From the NCBI GenBank assembly GCA_950097015.1, contig CATNEN010000039.1, positions 13,330,001-13,394,000 on the forward strand: DNA of 64,000 nt. Reading direction: 5' to 3'. Position numbers and translations under genes: made by a program. The notes beneath the pieces are model-generated. The model was not told where the DNA came from. It ran no database searches and saw only the letters and a program-made list of their open reading frames with translations. This document shows, piece after piece, positions 1-13,907 of this stretch (positions are counted from its first letter, which is position 1; the number at the start of each line of letters is the position of its first letter). Source of the DNA: Macrostomum hystrix. Lineage: Eukaryota > Animalia > Platyhelminthes.

Positions 1-3000
1 TGGTAGCCATGGCAGCATTCTGGAGTCCGCCCCAGCTATTGCTGACCCCAGCGGCAAAGAGTACACAGAGGGAGGCCCATTGTAGCTGGCTTAGAGGTTT
101 CTTGATGATCAAGCGAAACAGCACTGCCGTGGTCAGGATCTTCAAATTGCCAAGCACCTGTGAATTGATAGGTGATTAATATTTGCGCGTCAGATTGAGA
201 ATTGTGAACCGAGTTGGAATCCGTGAATTAGATTGGGATCTGTGAATGATATTAGGATCTGTGAATGATGAATGGGATCTGTGAATTATATTAGGATCTG
301 TGAATAAGACTAGGATTTGTGAATGATATTGGAATCTGTGAATCAGATTGGGATCGATGAATTAATAAAATTGGGATGTGAAAGAGATTGGGATCAGTGA
401 ATGATATTGGGATCTGTGAATGCTATTGGGATCTGTGAAAGAGATTGGGATCGATTAATTAATAAGATTTGGATTTGTGGATGAGATTGGGATCTATGAA
501 TGATATTGGGATCTGTGAATAAGATTGGGATCTGTGAATGATTTTGGGATCGACGAATTAATAAAATTGGGATCTGTGAAAGAAGTTTGTATCTGTTAAT
601 GAAGCTGGGATATTGAAGCGAGTTCGGGATCCGTGAATTATTTTTTAGATATTGTTGTGTCACTAAATATGGCTCGAGTATCTCGAGGCCGTACAACAGA
701 CGCCAACCTGATAGCTAGCCGGGTCCATCTGCAGCTGAATGTACACGGCCAGATTGTTATTGAGTGCGTACAGCAGAGCGGGCACCAAGTAAAGCAATGC
801 GCCGTGAATGGACGGACACTCAAACCTGCCCAATCGCCTGGCCTCGGGCAGGTACAATCCCAAGGAGAGGAACAGCTTAGTGAATTCAGTAATTAACACC
901 ATGCTGGACGAGGACCAGGGTATGGCGCCGTCAACTTCCATCAGGTGCACCAGGATGGTGTAGGATGAATAGACTAGAGTGCTAATGGGATTAGTAGGCA
1001 GGTAATGTTGAGTATGGTTTTAGAAATATTACGAAAACAATAGTTGAGTCAAAAGTTGCATCAATGAGATACTAAATCAAAGCCTTTCTGTTAGTCTCGG
1101 TTTTTATGGCTCCTAAATCGGATATTAATGACGGCTCCTCTAAGAACAGTAGATCCTTAAAAACACAGCTCCTCTTAGGAGATCCTAAAATGGGATCTCA
1201 ATAACACAGCTTCTCTTAGAAGATCCTAAAATGGGATCTCAGTAACACAGCTCCTCTTAGAAGATCCTAAAATGGGATCCCAATAACACAGCTTCTCTTA
1301 GAAGATCCTAAAATGGGATCCCAATAACACAGCTTCTCTTAGAAGATCCTAAAATGGGATCTCAGTAACACAGCTTCTCTTAGAAGATCCTAAAATGGGA
1401 TCCCAATAACACAGCTTCTCTTAGAAGATCCTAAAATGGGATCCCAATAACACAGCTTCTCTTAGAAGATCCTAAAATGGGATCCCAATAACACAGCTTC
1501 TCTTAGAAGATCCTAAAATGGGATCCCAGTAACACAGCTTCTCTTAGAAGATCCTAAAATGGGATCCCAATAACACAGCTTCTCTTAGAAGATCCTAAAA
1601 TGGGATCTCAATAACACAGCTTCTCTTAGAAGATCCTAAAATGGGATCTCAGTAACACAGCTTCTCTTAGGAGATCCTAAAATGGGATCTTAATAACACA
1701 GCTTCTCTTAGGAGATCCTAAAATGGGATCCCAATAACACAGCTTCTCTTAGAAGATCCTAAAATGGGATCTCAGTAACACAGCTTCTCTTAGAAGATCC
1801 TAAAATGGGATCCCAATAACACAGCTCCTCTTAGAAGATCCTAAAATGGGATCTCAGTAACACAGCTTCTCTTAGAAGATCCTAAAATGGGATCTCAGTA
1901 ACACAGCTTCTCTTAGAAGATCCTAAAATGGGATCTCAGTAACACAGCTTCTCTTAGAAGATCCTAAAATGGGATCCCAATAACACAGCTCCTCTTAGAA
2001 GATCCTAAAATGGGATCTCAGTAACACAGCTTCTCTTAGAAGATCCTAAAATGGGATCTCAGTAACACAGCTTCTCTTAGAAGATCCTAAAATGGGATCC
2101 CAATAACACAGCTTCTCTTAGAAGATCCTAAAATGGGATCTCAGTAACACAGCTTCTCTTAGAAGATCCTAAAATGGGATCCCAATAACACAGCTTCTCT
2201 TAGAAGATCCTAAAATGGGATCTCAGTAACACAGCTCCTCTTAGAAGATCCTAAAATGGGATCTCAATAACACAGCTTCTCTTAGAAGATCCTAAAATGG
2301 GATCCCAATAACACAGCTTCTCTTAGAAGATCCTAAAATGGGATCCCAATAACACAGCTTCTCTTAGAAGATCCTAAAATGGGATCTCAGTAACACAGCT
2401 TCTCTTAGAAGATCCTAAAATGGGATCTCAGTAACACAGCTCCTCTTAGAAGATCCTAAAATGGGATCCCAATAACACAGCTTCTCTTAGAAGATCCTAA
2501 AATGGGATCTCAGTAACACAGCTTCTCTTAGAAGATCCTAAAATGGGATCTCAGTAACACAGCTTCTCTTAGGAGATCCTAAAATGGGATCTTAATAACA
2601 CAGCTTCTCTTGGGAGATCCTAAAATGGGATCTCAGTAACACAGCTCCTCTTAGAAGATCCTAAAATGGGATCCCAATAACACAGCTTCTCTTAGGAGAT
2701 CCTAAAATGGGATCTCAATAACACAGCTTCTCTTAGAAGATCCTAAAAGGGGATCTCAGTAACACAGCTTCTCTTAGGAGATCCTAAAATGGGATCTTAA
2801 TAACACAGCTTCTCTTAGGAGATCCTAAAATGGGATCTCAGTAACACAGCTTCTCTTAGAAGATCCTAAAATGGGATCCCAAAAACACAGCTTCTCTAAG
2901 AAGATCCTAAAATGGGATCTCAGTAACACAGCTTCTCTTAGAAGATCCTAAAATGGGATCCCAATAACACAGCTTCTCTTAGAAGATCCTAAAATGGGAT

Positions 3001-6000
3001 CTCAGTAACACAGCTCCTCTTAGAAGATCCTAAAATGGGATCTCAATAACACAGCTTCTCTTAGAAGATCCTAAAATGGGATCCCAATAACACAGCACCT
3101 CTTAGAAGATCCTAAAATGGGATCTCAGTAACACAGCTCCTCTTAGAAGATCCTAAAATGGGATCCCAATAACACAGCTTCTCTTAGGAGATCCTAAAAT
3201 GGAATCTCAGTAACACAGCTTCTCTTAGAAGATCCTAAAATGGGATCCCAATAGCACAGCTTCTCTTAGAAGATCCTAAAATGGGATCTCAGTAACACAG
3301 CTTCTCTTAGGAGATCCTAAAATGGGATCCCAATAACACAGCTTCTCTTAGAAGATCCTAAAATGGGATCTCAGTAACACAGCTTCTCTTAGAAGATCCT
3401 AAAATGGGATCCCAATAACACAGCTCCTCTTAGAAGATCCTAAAATGGGATCTCAGTAACACAGCTTCTCTTAGAAGATCCTAAAATGGGATCTCAGTAA
3501 CACAGCTTCTCTTAGAAGATCCTAAAATGGGATCTCAGTAACACAGCTTCTCTTAGAAGATCCTAAAATGGGATCCCAATAACACAGCTCCTCTTAGAAG
3601 ATCCTAAAATGGGATCTCAGTAACACAGCTTCTCTTAGAAGATCCTAAAATGGGATCTCAGTAACACAGCTTCTCTTAGAAGATCCTAAAATGGGATCCC
3701 AATAACACAGCTTCTCTTAGAAGATCCTAAAATGGGATCTCAGTAACACAGCTTCTCTTAGAAGATCCTAAAATGGGATCCCAATAACACAGCTTCTCTT
3801 AGAAGATCCTAAAATGGGATCTCAGTAACACAGCTCCTCTTAGAAGATCCTAAAATGGGATCTCAATAACACAGCTTCTCTTAGAAGATCCTAAAATGGG
3901 ATCCCAATAACACAGCTTCTCTTAGAAGATCCTAAAATGGGATCCCAATAACACAGCTTCTCTTAGAAGATCCTAAAATGGGATCCCAATAACACAGCTT
4001 CTCTTAGAAGATCCTAAAATGGGATCTCAGTAACACAGCTTCTCTTAGAAGATCCTAAAATGGGATCTCAGTAACACAGCTTCTCTTAGGAGATCCTAAA
4101 ATGGGATCTTAATAACACAGCTTCTCTTGGGAGATCCTAAAATGGGATCTCAGTAACACAGCTCCTCTTAGAAGATCCTAAAATGGGATCCCAATAACAC
4201 AGCTTCTCTTAGGAGATCCTAAAATGGGATCTCAATAACACAGCTTCTCTTAGAAGATCCTAAAAGGGGATCTCAGTAACACAGCTTCTCTTAGGAGATC
4301 CTAAAATGGGATCTTAATAACACAGCTTCTCTTAGGAGATCCTAAAATGGGATCTCAGTAACACAGCTTCTCTTAGAAGATCCTAAAATGGGATCCCAAA
4401 AACACAGCTTCTCTAAGAAGATCCTAAAATGGGATCTCAGTAACACAGCTTCTCTTAGAAGATCCTAAAATGGGATCCCAATAACACAGCTTCTCTTAGA
4501 AGATCCTAAAATGGGATCTCAGTAACACAGCTCCTCTTAGAAGATCCTAAAATGGGATCTCAATAACACAGCTTCTCTTAGAAGATCCTAAAATGGGATC
4601 CCAATAACACAGCACCTCTTAGAAGATCCTAAAATGGGATCTCAGTAACACAGCTCCTCTTAGAAGATCCTAAAATGGGATCCCAATAACACAGCTTCTC
4701 TTAGGAGATCCTAAAATGGGATCTCAGTAACACAGCTTCTCTTAGAAGATCCTAAAATGGGATCCCAATAACACAGCTTCTCTTAGAAGATCCTAAAATG
4801 GGATCTCAGTAACACAGCTTCTCTTAGAAGATCCTAAAATGGGATCTCAGTAACACAGCTTCTCTTAGGAGATCCTAAAATGGGATCTCAATAACACAGC
4901 TTCTCTTAGGAGATCCTAAAATGGGATCTCAGTAACACAGCTCCTCTTAGAAGATCCTAAAATGGGATCCCAATAACACAGCTTCTCTTAGGAGATCCTA
5001 AAATGGGATCTCAATAACACAGCTTCTCTTAGAAGATCCTAAAAGGGGATCTCAGTAACACAGCTTCTCTTAGGAGATCCTAAAATGGGATCTTAATAAC
5101 ACAGCTTCTCTTAGGAGATCCTAAAATGGGATATCAGTAACACAGCTTCTCTTAGAAGATCCTAAAATGGGATCCCAATAACACAGCTTCTCTTAGAAGA
5201 TCCTAAAATGGGATCTCAGTAACACAGCACCTCTTAGAAGATCCTAAAATGGGATCTCAGTAAAACAGCACCTCTTAGAAGATCCTAAAATGGGATCTCA
5301 GTAACACAGCACCTCTTAGAAGATCCTAAAATGGGATCTTAATAACACAGCTTCTCTTAGAAGATCCTAAAATGGGATCTCAGTAACACAGCTTCTCTTA
5401 GAAGATCCTAAAATGGGATCTTAATAACACAGCTTCTCTTAGAAGATCCTAAAATGGGATCTCAATAACACAGCACCTCTTAGAAGATCCTAAAATGGGA
5501 TCTCAATAACACAGCTTCTCTTAGAAGATCCTAAAATGGGATCCCAATAACACAGCTTCTCTTAGAAGATCCTAAAATGGGATCTCAGTAACACAGCACC
5601 TCTTAGAAGATCCTAAAATGGGATCTGAGTAACACAGCTCCTCTTAGAAGATCCTAAAATGGGATCTCAATAACACAGCTTCTCTTAGAAGATCCTAAAA
5701 TGGGATCCTAATAACACAGCACCTCTTAGAAGATCCTAAAATGGGATCTCAATAACACAGCTCCTCTTAGAAGATCCTAAAATGGGATCTCAGTAACACA
5801 GCTTCTCTTAGAAGATCCTAAAATGGGATCCCAATAACACAGCTTCTCTTAGAAGATCCTAAAATGGGATCTCAGTAACACAGCTTCTCTTAGAAGATCC
5901 TAAACTGGGATCTCAATAACACAGCACCTCTTAGAAGATCCTAAAATGGGATCTCAATAACACAGCTCCTCTTAGGAGATCCTAAAATGGGATCTCAATA

Positions 6001-6280
6001 ACACAGCTTCTCCTAGAAGATCCTAAAATGGGATCTCAATAACACAGCTCCTCTTAGGAGATCCTAAAATGGGATCTCGATAACACGGCTCCTCTAAGAA
6101 TATCCCATAATTCATTGGATAAACAAGGAAATAGTGCAAAATGATCACTTACCCGACACAAAACAGGAACTTAAACAGCACCGGATTCATGTAAGGCTCT
6201 TTGATGTTTGAGTCCTGAGCAGCCGGCAATGATGAGCTAGTTATCGCCTTCTCGTCTGGCTCTAGGCGCACAGTTGTCAT
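1..6280 (-). CDS. SLC35A4: SLC35A4-like nucleotide-sugar transporter, 5' part (exons 6280-6153, 981-708, 157-1; continues beyond window)
   Basis: Phase-compatible GT-AG junctions give MTTVRLEP...FLFCVG|TLVYSSYTILVHLMEVDGAIPWSSSSMVLITEFTKL...ALLYALNNNLAVYIQLQMDPASYQ|VLGNLKILTTAVLFRLIIKKPLSQLQWASL, matching SLC35A4-type motifs (VDG-P-SS-VL-TE-TK; NNNL; MDP-YQVL-NLKI). Confidence 0.85.
225..635. repeat. Degenerate ~21-bp minisatellite (TTGGGATCTGTGAATGATA-like) in SLC35A4 intron
   Basis: Repeated GGATCTGTGAA core. Confidence 0.8.
1150..6095. repeat. 41-bp satellite, ~120 copies, intronic
   Basis: Unit AGATCCTAAAATGGGATCTCAGTAACACAGCTTCTCTTAGA; period 41 (1221 vs 1262). Confidence 0.97.
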
Positions 6281-6889
6281 TGCTGAGATTCGAGATTTTA
6301 TTATTTCGACAGTTTCGCTGAATAAAATTAATGTCAAGACGCGTAATGCCTTCTAACAATTAAAATTTGGACTTGAATTCACTGAAGGCCAGTTCGGTAA
6401 ATATATGTACTGAAATGTAACGAGTTTGAGGAAAAATTTGAGGAGAGGACGAAAACAAGACAAGACAAAAAGGAGGGCTAGGGCGATAGAAGTAGAAGTA
6501 TTATAGAAGAAAATATTTGTTTACATTCCTAAACGCAATGTGTACCTAGCATTGTTATTTTGTAAAAAAAAATCTACGAAAGCTGCCATAAACCTGGTTT
6601 ATGAAAGACACAATAGACAGGAAATGAAGACAGATATTAAATAAAGACAAAAAGTGTCAATTCAAAAGATTGAAAAGTCAACAACCCACGCACAGAGAGA
6701 AAATAAAGAAAAATCTGAAAATGCATTCAGTCCATTTTAGTCAATAAAGCTGGCGAAAAGTTACACCCGCTAACTAACCGTGCGAGGGCTTAAAACTTTA
6801 ACAGTTAGTCAAAACAGGTCATAGTTACTCCACAACTAGTTACGGTCGCCGGATGCTGCAAAGCTAGCTGATGAAGCATTGTTGTTAAT

Positions 6890-7570
6890 CTGCTCCACAG
6901 AGGCAAAACGTTGACTACGAAGACGAGCCGCCTTTTTCTTAAGGCTGGCCTCAATCTTTCCAGCAGTTACCCATCTGTCATATTCTGTATTCACCTTGGT
7001 GCCGATTGGCACTGGCCAGTCCACCAGGACCCCATGGATGTCAAAGACGACGATGTGCATCACTTTCAAGGAGTTCTGCTTCCGTTGAATCTTCTCAGGA
7101 CTCGCTGATTCCCTTGGAAGCCACTGTGCTGACTGGCGCTGAGCTCAGGATCCAACTCTTAGACCTCTGTCTCATCTTCTTTCACAATTCTGCTGAGAAA
7201 GTTGCTTCCGACAGGGCCACATTCTCCTTCATTTGATCCTCAGTCAGGAGATTAGGCAATCACTTTGCGAAGATCTTCTGCATGTCCAACTGCTGAGTAA
7301 GAATGCGATGCACTGTGCTGTGAGGAATGTCCAGGAGGTCCTCAATCTCATTACAAGTCAAACGGCTGTCCACAGTGACAGCATGTTTGACACGCTTGGC
7401 ATCTGCATCAGTGGTGGCTGTTCTTGCCATTCTAGACTGCTCTTTGTCTTCCATCGGCAGCCTGCCTCCTTGAACATCATGGACCAATTTCTGAACTGTT
7501 TGAAATGATGGAGCACATTCTTTCAAAACCTGTCCAAGCTCTTCATGAATATCTAATGTTCATTTGCCAG
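6890..7570 (-). mobile_element. Decayed mariner transposase fragment
   Basis: HTH region DSRLTCNEIEDLLDIPHSTVHRILTQQLDMQKIFAK*LP (cf. mariner K-ARWVP) and downstream KVMHIVVFDIHGVL...GTKVN; stops and frameshifts present. Confidence 0.8.
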
Positions 7571-10479
7571 CCAGAACTGAACTTAATTTTCGCATTGTGT
7601 GAACGAAGCCAAAGTGGTCATCTTTGCAAACAAAGCTGTGTTTAACTTGATGCCCTGCAGCTTGTGAGACTGCATTTGCTTCAAAACTTGAAGAGCAGAA
7701 GAGCAGAGTGCCTTTTCTCAGAGACATATAGATTCAGGAATGAATAACCATGGTTGCCAAAAATGTATTAAGAATATTTACACTACAATGAAACTTATTT
7801 TTGGGATTGCCCTTTTAATAACAATTGATCACAAATGCCAAAATTGGACCTGATAATATGCTGACAGCATAGCCACATATACTGGCTATGTACAGCGCCA
7901 GGTTCAAGCTCCAAAATTAAGTTCAGTCCATGGACTGGAGGCACATCAGACCCACTCTCAATTACCTTGGCAGCTGAAGCTGCTACAAATTTAACAGCTG
8001 GGTGAAATGAAGCAATGCAGAGTTAAGTGCAATATATGGCAGGCTAAAAGATATGCATCCCCATAGTCAGGATGATGTACATTACCCTGGAAATTTCTGG
8101 CATACAATTGAAAATTTTACTTTTTTGGTGTACAATTGGCATAAAAAATGAGGTAAAATATATTTGGAGTATTATAAAATCATAAAAACCATAAAACTCA
8201 TAAAATGCAATTTCAAAACTATTTGTAATTTATAAAAATTTATAACTACACACAAACTAATTGTGTAATTTTCTAAAAAAACCTAAACAATAAATGGATT
8301 TTTGTTGGCATTATCTGTAAGCCAGTTTACTTTGAATGAAAACCAAACATTTGTTTAATAATTTATTTGAAGAAAATGAAATCATTTATTTATAATCTTT
8401 GTTTATAAAGTAGGCAAAAATGTGTAACACACAAAAAGGTCATTTATTGTCACAGAGCCTAGAAAACCTGGCGTAAGTTCCTCGAACCTTGGCGTATGTT
8501 TCAGTATGAAGTAGCATATATTTTTTAGGGGACTTTTTATTCCGGCATATACCATGACCTGATCCCAACTAGGCCTATGGATGTATCCTGCCACTAGGCC
8601 TATGGATGTATCCTGCCCAGGGAGTCGGAATCAAACCCCCAACCTTTCAGTTCTGGATGCCCTTAGATAACTAGATACAGTCAACAATTTTCAATCCAAA
8701 TTTACAATTTACAAATTAAGTTACTAACTTCTATTATATTTGGAATAAAAATGCCCAGCTAGACCAGATGCACAGCTAGTGACAGCTATAGCTAGGCCTA
8801 TTGCTAGGTGAACTGAATCACTAGGGAATAAGTTGTCGTGCTCAAGAACACATATAGTATACCTTGGGTGAAGATTCGAACTCTTGACCCCTTGGTCAGA
8901 ATTTCTAAGCTCTTACCTCTGGACTACAAGCTTTTATCTAGATTATGAAGTAGGCCGTTTATTAACAGAAAAAATATTGTTTAGGCCTAACAGGCCTGAT
9001 TAGGCCTAATACATTTATCTCTTTTACATTCTCTGAGAATGTAAAATGTCATAGAAGAACTGTATGGACAACGTGTGTCCATTATATTTACATTTAATCT
9101 TACTGGCGAGCTTCTTTCACTTGAAAGTTATTTATTCCATGATTCTAAACTATGATTTAAGGATAGGAGCATGATCTTTGTCCAAACTAACATGTGCAAT
9201 ATAAATAGCAACTAGTTACAAAATCGAACAGTAAAATGAAGGATTTATGTAAACTGTTGAACAAATTTAAATGGACTTCATATTGCATCCAAAAAAGCAT
9301 AAATTTAGTAGCTGTTTTTGTTACTTACTTGACTCGTTTTTAATAAAATTTTAACTGAGTAGAGATGTAAATTGTTTTAATATTGTTTTGAAGAGTTAAA
9401 GATCTACTAGACAACCTGAGGTAAAAAATCTAGATATATATATATATATATATAATATTATATTTACAATTACATGTGTCTAACAGTAATCTCGTGACGC
9501 TCACGCACTGGCCAGGGGGCACAGTCAGAGCAGAAAAACACGCATACATTTCTTTTCAAAAAGACTCATAGTTCTAAGAATGATAGAATATAACAATAAT
9601 TACTGTACTTTCTGAGCTCATAATTAATAATCTTTTCAGAAAATTGTAACCTAGCGAAAAATTTCAATTATAGATAAATAATTAAAAGAACCAAGGTTAC
9701 ACCCGCCTCCCAAAAGTATAAGCTTTTGGAGCTTATACTTTGGTCTACCTGATGCTGGGGTGAATCACCTGGGGTTCGAGCCCCTGTTCAGCTGAAATTT
9801 GCACCTCTGCTCCGACCTCAAGTACTTCATCCGGCCGCATCACTACGAGAGAAGCTTCAAGGCCGTTGGTGGTGCAGAATCCGGAGGCAAGGCCGTGCGT
9901 CGTGTCAGGCGACGCCGCGCACGCAGTGTGTCAGTCGGCAAGGCATGTCGTGGTTCAGGCGACGATGCACGCCGTGGTTTGGGCGGCTCGGTACGTGCTG
10001 ACGCAACCGACACAGCAGCACCGTATTATTAACATTTGCACAGTCTTTCTTTTGTCCTTTGTCTTCGCGACATCAGTTGTGTAAAAATAGATGTGCGAGC
10101 GTATTTTTGACCCAGAATAGCTGTGCATTAGACATCCAAGGGGACGCAAGAAATTATATGAAATTTAGATTTTTAACTGGGAAATATGTGTCAAATAAAT
10201 TGTACAATGAGATACAGTCCATGCCAACTGCACTCTCCCTTTGCATGTTGCAAAATGTAAAATAATTGTACATATAATTGTCAGAAAATTGACACTTCTT
10301 ACTTTAAATTTTTTTTTAAAATACAGCAACAAAGTAAAATATTATGCAGGTAGTATTTAAGCAACTGAGCATAGGGACATTTCAAACTGATTCAAACTGC
10401 TGGATGGAGCTAACAACGGCAGCGCCACGCGTGTGAGCCCGTGTGAGGGGGCGGCGAGTCGACCAGCTCTACTTCGATG

Positions 10480-10960
10480 ACGCGCGCTCCTGGCAACCAG
10501 CCGGAGCCTCGATGCTTGCGCGGCCAAACTGCAGCCCGCCTTGAATGCCGTCCACCAATGGTGCCAGAAGTGGAAGGTGGAGCTCAGCGCCATGGTATGT
10601 GGGTCTGTGGCACTTTCACACTGGATCCCCATGAGACCAACGGCAAGAAGAAGGTGGACCTGAAATCGGGGACCAACCGCTCTTATTCGATCCGGCGCCC
10701 TGCTACTTGGGTTTGTGGCTGGACGGCCAGCTCACCTTCAACGTCCAGGCGGCCGACGTCGCCCATTGGCTGCCCTGGCCAGCCGCAGCAACGAGGCCGA
10801 TCAACAGACCATGGGGGCCGTCTACGTCGGCACAGTCCGGGCCGTCGCTGATTACGCCTCTGGCACCTGGCTCTGCAGCCCGTCGACCCGCGATTCCATT
10901 GAGCGTCAACAAGTTGCCTGCGTCAGGATCGTCACGGGACGCGTCACGTCACTGACTCGC
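10480..10960 (+). mobile_element. LINE reverse-transcriptase C-terminal fragment (I/Ingi-like), frameshifted
   Basis: LGLWLDGQLTF...LAALASRS-ADQQTM-AVYVGTVRAVADYASGTW...IERQQ-ACVRIVTG resembles the RT thumb region of I-group LINEs. Confidence 0.7.
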
Positions 10961-11343
10961 GCAGCGTCATCCGCCTCGCCTCGCTTCGAACTAGCTGATG
11001 CACCGAACTGCCAGGTTGAAATGTTGGAGTGGTGCATTTCTGAAATTTCGATGCCTACTTCGCATTAAGCAAAAATTAAATCAATCAGAGATATTTACCT
11101 TAGTGCGCACTTAAACTTAAAGTGCGCGATGGTAAAAACGGCAGATGGAAGGCATGTACGCATAATTATATGCGTAGCATAATTATTATGAGTACAATTA
11201 TACGCATATGCGCTTTTCGTCTATAAAATAATAAAAAGGCGCTTTCATCTCAACAGTTCTTGAGTTCCACAGCATAGTTTGTTTAGTCATAACAGTCGAA
11301 TCTCCGTTAATAAAGATCAGTTTGACATCATTGTCCAACAGCT

Positions 11344-12000
11344 TCACAGCTTGGTCCAGACCCACTGGCTCTGGTTAGCGACCCCGCTGGGCACAGCGAA
11401 GAACCGCATGAGGTGGCACATCCGGACAGCCTCGACGAATGCGCAGACGAGGCAGTCAGGGCGGCGGTGGCAGGCGGAAGCGCACTCGATGTCACTGAAG
11501 GCGGTCTCGCTGTATAGTGTGTCGAGTAGCCAGCAGACACGGATATGCATGCATCGGCCTGGAAGCCATGAGCTGCTTCGACATTGTAGGACCAGCTGAG
11601 GGACGAATTAGAAAATTGGAAACTCATAATTGGACTTAAAACATTTAGTTCATTCTCTTTACTCACACTGTGAGTAGTTGTTCTCATAAATGGAGTTCCT
11701 TGAGCTACTGCCGCACTTCAGGGATGAGTTCCAATTGCAGGGACTAGAGCAGCCGCTGGCTGGTGCAGCTCCCAATGAGCCGTAGGTCGAGTCGCAGGCG
11801 CAGTATCCTTGTGACTGCGTCCCAAAGTAGCGAAATCGTCCGTAGGAGCAGATCCGGCTGCACAGCTCGAGTGTCAGCAGCTGTCCAGGAGCCATTTTCA
11901 GGACAAAAGTCACTGAATGTGAAGTATGGCCCAAAGCTGAGCACATTCTGCAGTCCAAGCAGGTCCCTGTTGGCATTTGTACCTTTAGCTTTTCTAGCTT
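11344..12000 (-). pseudogene. Frameshifted paralog of the WSC+PAN-like gene at 58426
   Basis: Near-identical blocks (LTLELCSRICSYGRFRYFGTQS; FSDIECA-ACHRRPDC...VWTKL) and the same intron. Frameshift in exon 1, net +7 nt in exon 2, signal peptide not visible. Confidence 0.8.
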
Positions 12001-12844
12001 TATTGACTGGTACACTCACAACCAGTACAACGTGACGCCCTCAGCGAGGCAGAAAATTACTCTTACTCACTTTAGTCCTGAGTGACACAATCTAAATCTG
12101 ATTCTGAGTGTTTGAGATTAATACAAAGAGACATTGCTTTAAACTGCTATGAAAATATAGCTGAACTAACAAGAGACCATGGCTAAAAGAACAATTAATA
12201 TAAGAATCACATAATACGACTATTAAATTATGTTACATTTCATTTTTAATATTCTGTGACGACACTTTATTTACTCGCGCTTCAGTCCACCAAAGCCTTC
12301 AACTGAGATTTTGATGAGACGGTGGGTCCGATTGAAAAAGATAGTTTTCTGTCTGCTCTACTGTCAGTAGAGCTACACTAATGCGAGTTTTATTTTGTAC
12401 TTTGTTTGAAAAAAATTGCGGAAAATGGCCTCAATAAAATAGAACTTTGCCGGCTTTGCAGTGCGCTAAAGTACAACTTGGTGAAGAAAGTGATACGGAA
12501 TAACCGGTTAAGAGTTGTTTGATTACATTCTCCCAGCTGTGTAATAATCTTTGTGCAAATTCATACCTGTCAGGAATATATTACAAAGCCGTAAGCTAAA
12601 CAGCTCAATATTAATGTTAGTAATGGTATTTTTGGTCAATCTGGTTATTGATAGCTCAGAGAAGGCAATAAAAAAGCGGGTCTCTAGAGTACAATGTCAA
12701 CCAACGGGGCAGACAAGTCGCGTGTACACCTGTGCTCAGCAATATGGAATGATACGTGGGTGCTCAGAAAGTGCACTGTTTAAGGTTGGTCAAATTATTA
12801 CTTTTAAAGCAAGAAATCTTGAGAAAAAAGATCTCAAGATTGCT

Positions 12845-13030
12845 GAACACTCCAAACACCACAGAACCGTAGATAATACGCTCGTACATTCCAAACACAA
12901 CAGAACCGTAGATAATACATTCCAAACACAACAGAACCGTAGATAATACATTCCAAACACATCAGAACCGTAGATAATACATTCCAAACACAACAGAACC
13001 GTAGATAATGCATTCAAAACACATCAGAAA
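12845..13030. repeat. ~31-bp tandem repeat (TCCAAACACAACAGAACCGTAGATAATACAT) downstream of the TRPC stop
   Basis: About 5 copies visible. Confidence 0.8.
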
Positions 13031-13299
13031 AGACGATTGAACATTCTAAACACATTAAACCTCAATATTTCTGAACATCACAAGCACATCTGACCTCATG
13101 ATTAAACATTCAAAGCACGCGGGATTCCGAGGTAGAAGACTATTACTTCCTTCGATTGGTTAAAGTGCAACCAGAAGTTTTAGTTTATTAAAAATATACA
13201 AGAAAAATACAGCTGACTTTAGTTCTTTAGTTCTTATAGTTCTGCTGACTTTAAGAATCACATTGTACATTTTTTAATTGTTTCAAATTCATGTGGAAA

Positions 13300-13485
13300 T
13301 CACACCAAGTCACTTCGCCTCTCTGCCACAGCGCTAGCAGGTGAGGCAGACGCAATGGCAGCAACGGCAGCAGCAGCAGCCTCTTCCTCTGATGCGAAGT
13401 CGACCTGTGGCAATCTGGCCACAGGATGTGGCGGCTGATGCTGCTGCTGCAGTTGCTGCTGCTGCTGCTGCTGATGCTGATGCTG

Positions 13486-13516
<31 letters not shown>

Positions 13517-13517
13517 A

Positions 13518-13588
<71 letters not shown>

Positions 13589-13907
13589 TGTCTAGCTAGC
13601 TCGACAGCGCTGAGCGTAAGTTCAACCGACGAAGCAGAAGCCGCCTGCCATTGGGCTGTCGGCCGATGCAAGGGAGAAGAAGGCCCGTCCGAGAATTCGA
13701 CGTGATGCGGCGGCACCGCGAGGCTTCCATTGCCGACAACAAACCCGACGCCATTGTTGTTGTTGTTGTTGTTGCTATTGACAACCAGTCCAGTGGCGCC
13801 TGTTACCAGTTGCTCTTCATTGAATCCGTCATAAGCTGCGCCTGCGCCACGGCTGCCGAGCCGTCTGCTCTGCATCGTGCGCTTGCTGCCGCGGCGACGC
13901 AGCTTGG
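13300..13907 (-). CDS. TRPC: TRPC last exon (polyN, polyQ, polyA low-complexity tail)
   Basis: TTTCAG acceptor; phase matches the previous exon; open to TGA at 13300. Confidence 0.8.

Noticed and set aside
1150-6095. CRISPR array (palindromic repeat unit)
   Set aside because: Units are head-to-tail with no unique spacers, no cas genes, and the array lies in a eukaryotic intron.
6280-6420. Upstream microprotein ORF as in vertebrate SLC35A4
   Set aside because: No suitable upstream ORF seen in the short AT-rich leader.
12551-12946. 131-aa ORF
   Set aside because: Non-ATG start, no recognisable domain, and it runs into a tandem repeat.
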